From Gemmataceae bacterium (lineage in GTDB: Bacteria; Planctomycetota; Planctomycetia; Gemmatales; Gemmataceae): a DNA stretch of 64,000 bases. The stretch is taken from the NCBI GenBank assembly GCA_019694755.1, contig JAIBBI010000008.1:1-64000 (forward strand), given 5' to 3'. The translations under genes were made by a program, and so were the position numbers. Under the pieces are notes generated by a model. That model did not search any database, had not been told where the DNA came from, and was given only the letters and a program-made list of their open reading frames with translations. Positions 63,913 to 64,000 of the stretch are shown here, in pieces (the first letter of the stretch is position 1; the number at the start of each line of letters is the position of its first letter).

Positions 63913-64000
63913 TCAGGGCTTGGGGGCGGGCTTGTCTTCAAACACGCCACGCTGGCGGTCGGCCAGCCGGCGGATGCGGTCTTCCTGCCGCAGGGTCGCA
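63913..64000 (-). CDS. 3' end of an upstream gene (partial, continues beyond window end)
   Basis: Minus-strand frame reads ...ATLRQEDRIRRLADRQRGVFEDKPAPKP-stop, ending 13 bp upstream of the coiled-coil gene start. Confidence 0.3.
   Translation of the reverse strand, partial: ATLRQEDRIRRLADRQRGVFEDKPAPKP

Overview
This 64 kb window is G+C-rich, densely coded chromosomal DNA that looks planctomycete-like. The supporting features are an unlinked 23S-5S rRNA unit, Hanks-type kinase, PD40 beta-propeller membrane proteins, a DUF4058-like protein, giant secreted coiled-coil proteins and prenyltransferase-repeat proteins.

The ordinary content is:
- Reductive pyrimidine catabolism genes (PreA partial, PreT, dihydropyrimidinase).
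- Outer-membrane biogenesis genes (AsmA-like, LptF/G-like, LpxA).
- An aspartate kinase with four ACT domains, rhamnulokinase, a flotillin-like SPFH protein, KorAB, DegP/HtrA, LigA, BirA and NadC.
- A 23S-5S rRNA unit on the minus strand. It is preceded by tRNA-Ile and tRNA-Ala and a near-consensus sigma70 promoter, with no 16S gene.

The candidates worth a second look are:
- Two tandem, strongly diverged PD40 membrane-protein paralogs whose 5' and 3' ends are conserved at nucleotide level.
- A translationally coupled six-gene ABC-2 exporter operon (ATPase-permease-ATPase-permease) that also carries a cytidylate-kinase-like gene and a purine nucleoside phosphorylase gene. It lies downstream of two secreted coiled-coil proteins.
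- A roughly 40-aa C-terminal motif shared by secreted proteins at two separate loci.
- An orphan TadE-TadE-TadG(vWA) minor-pilin-like cluster with palindromic candidate operators, divergent from a membrane-anchored Ser/Thr kinase.
- A dispersed GCGGATAGCGGA-type repeat that forms a long intercistronic hairpin between korA and korB.

I saw no CRISPR array, integrase, transposase or reverse transcriptase. All calls rest on reading the translated ORFs and the nucleotide sequence by eye, not on database searches.
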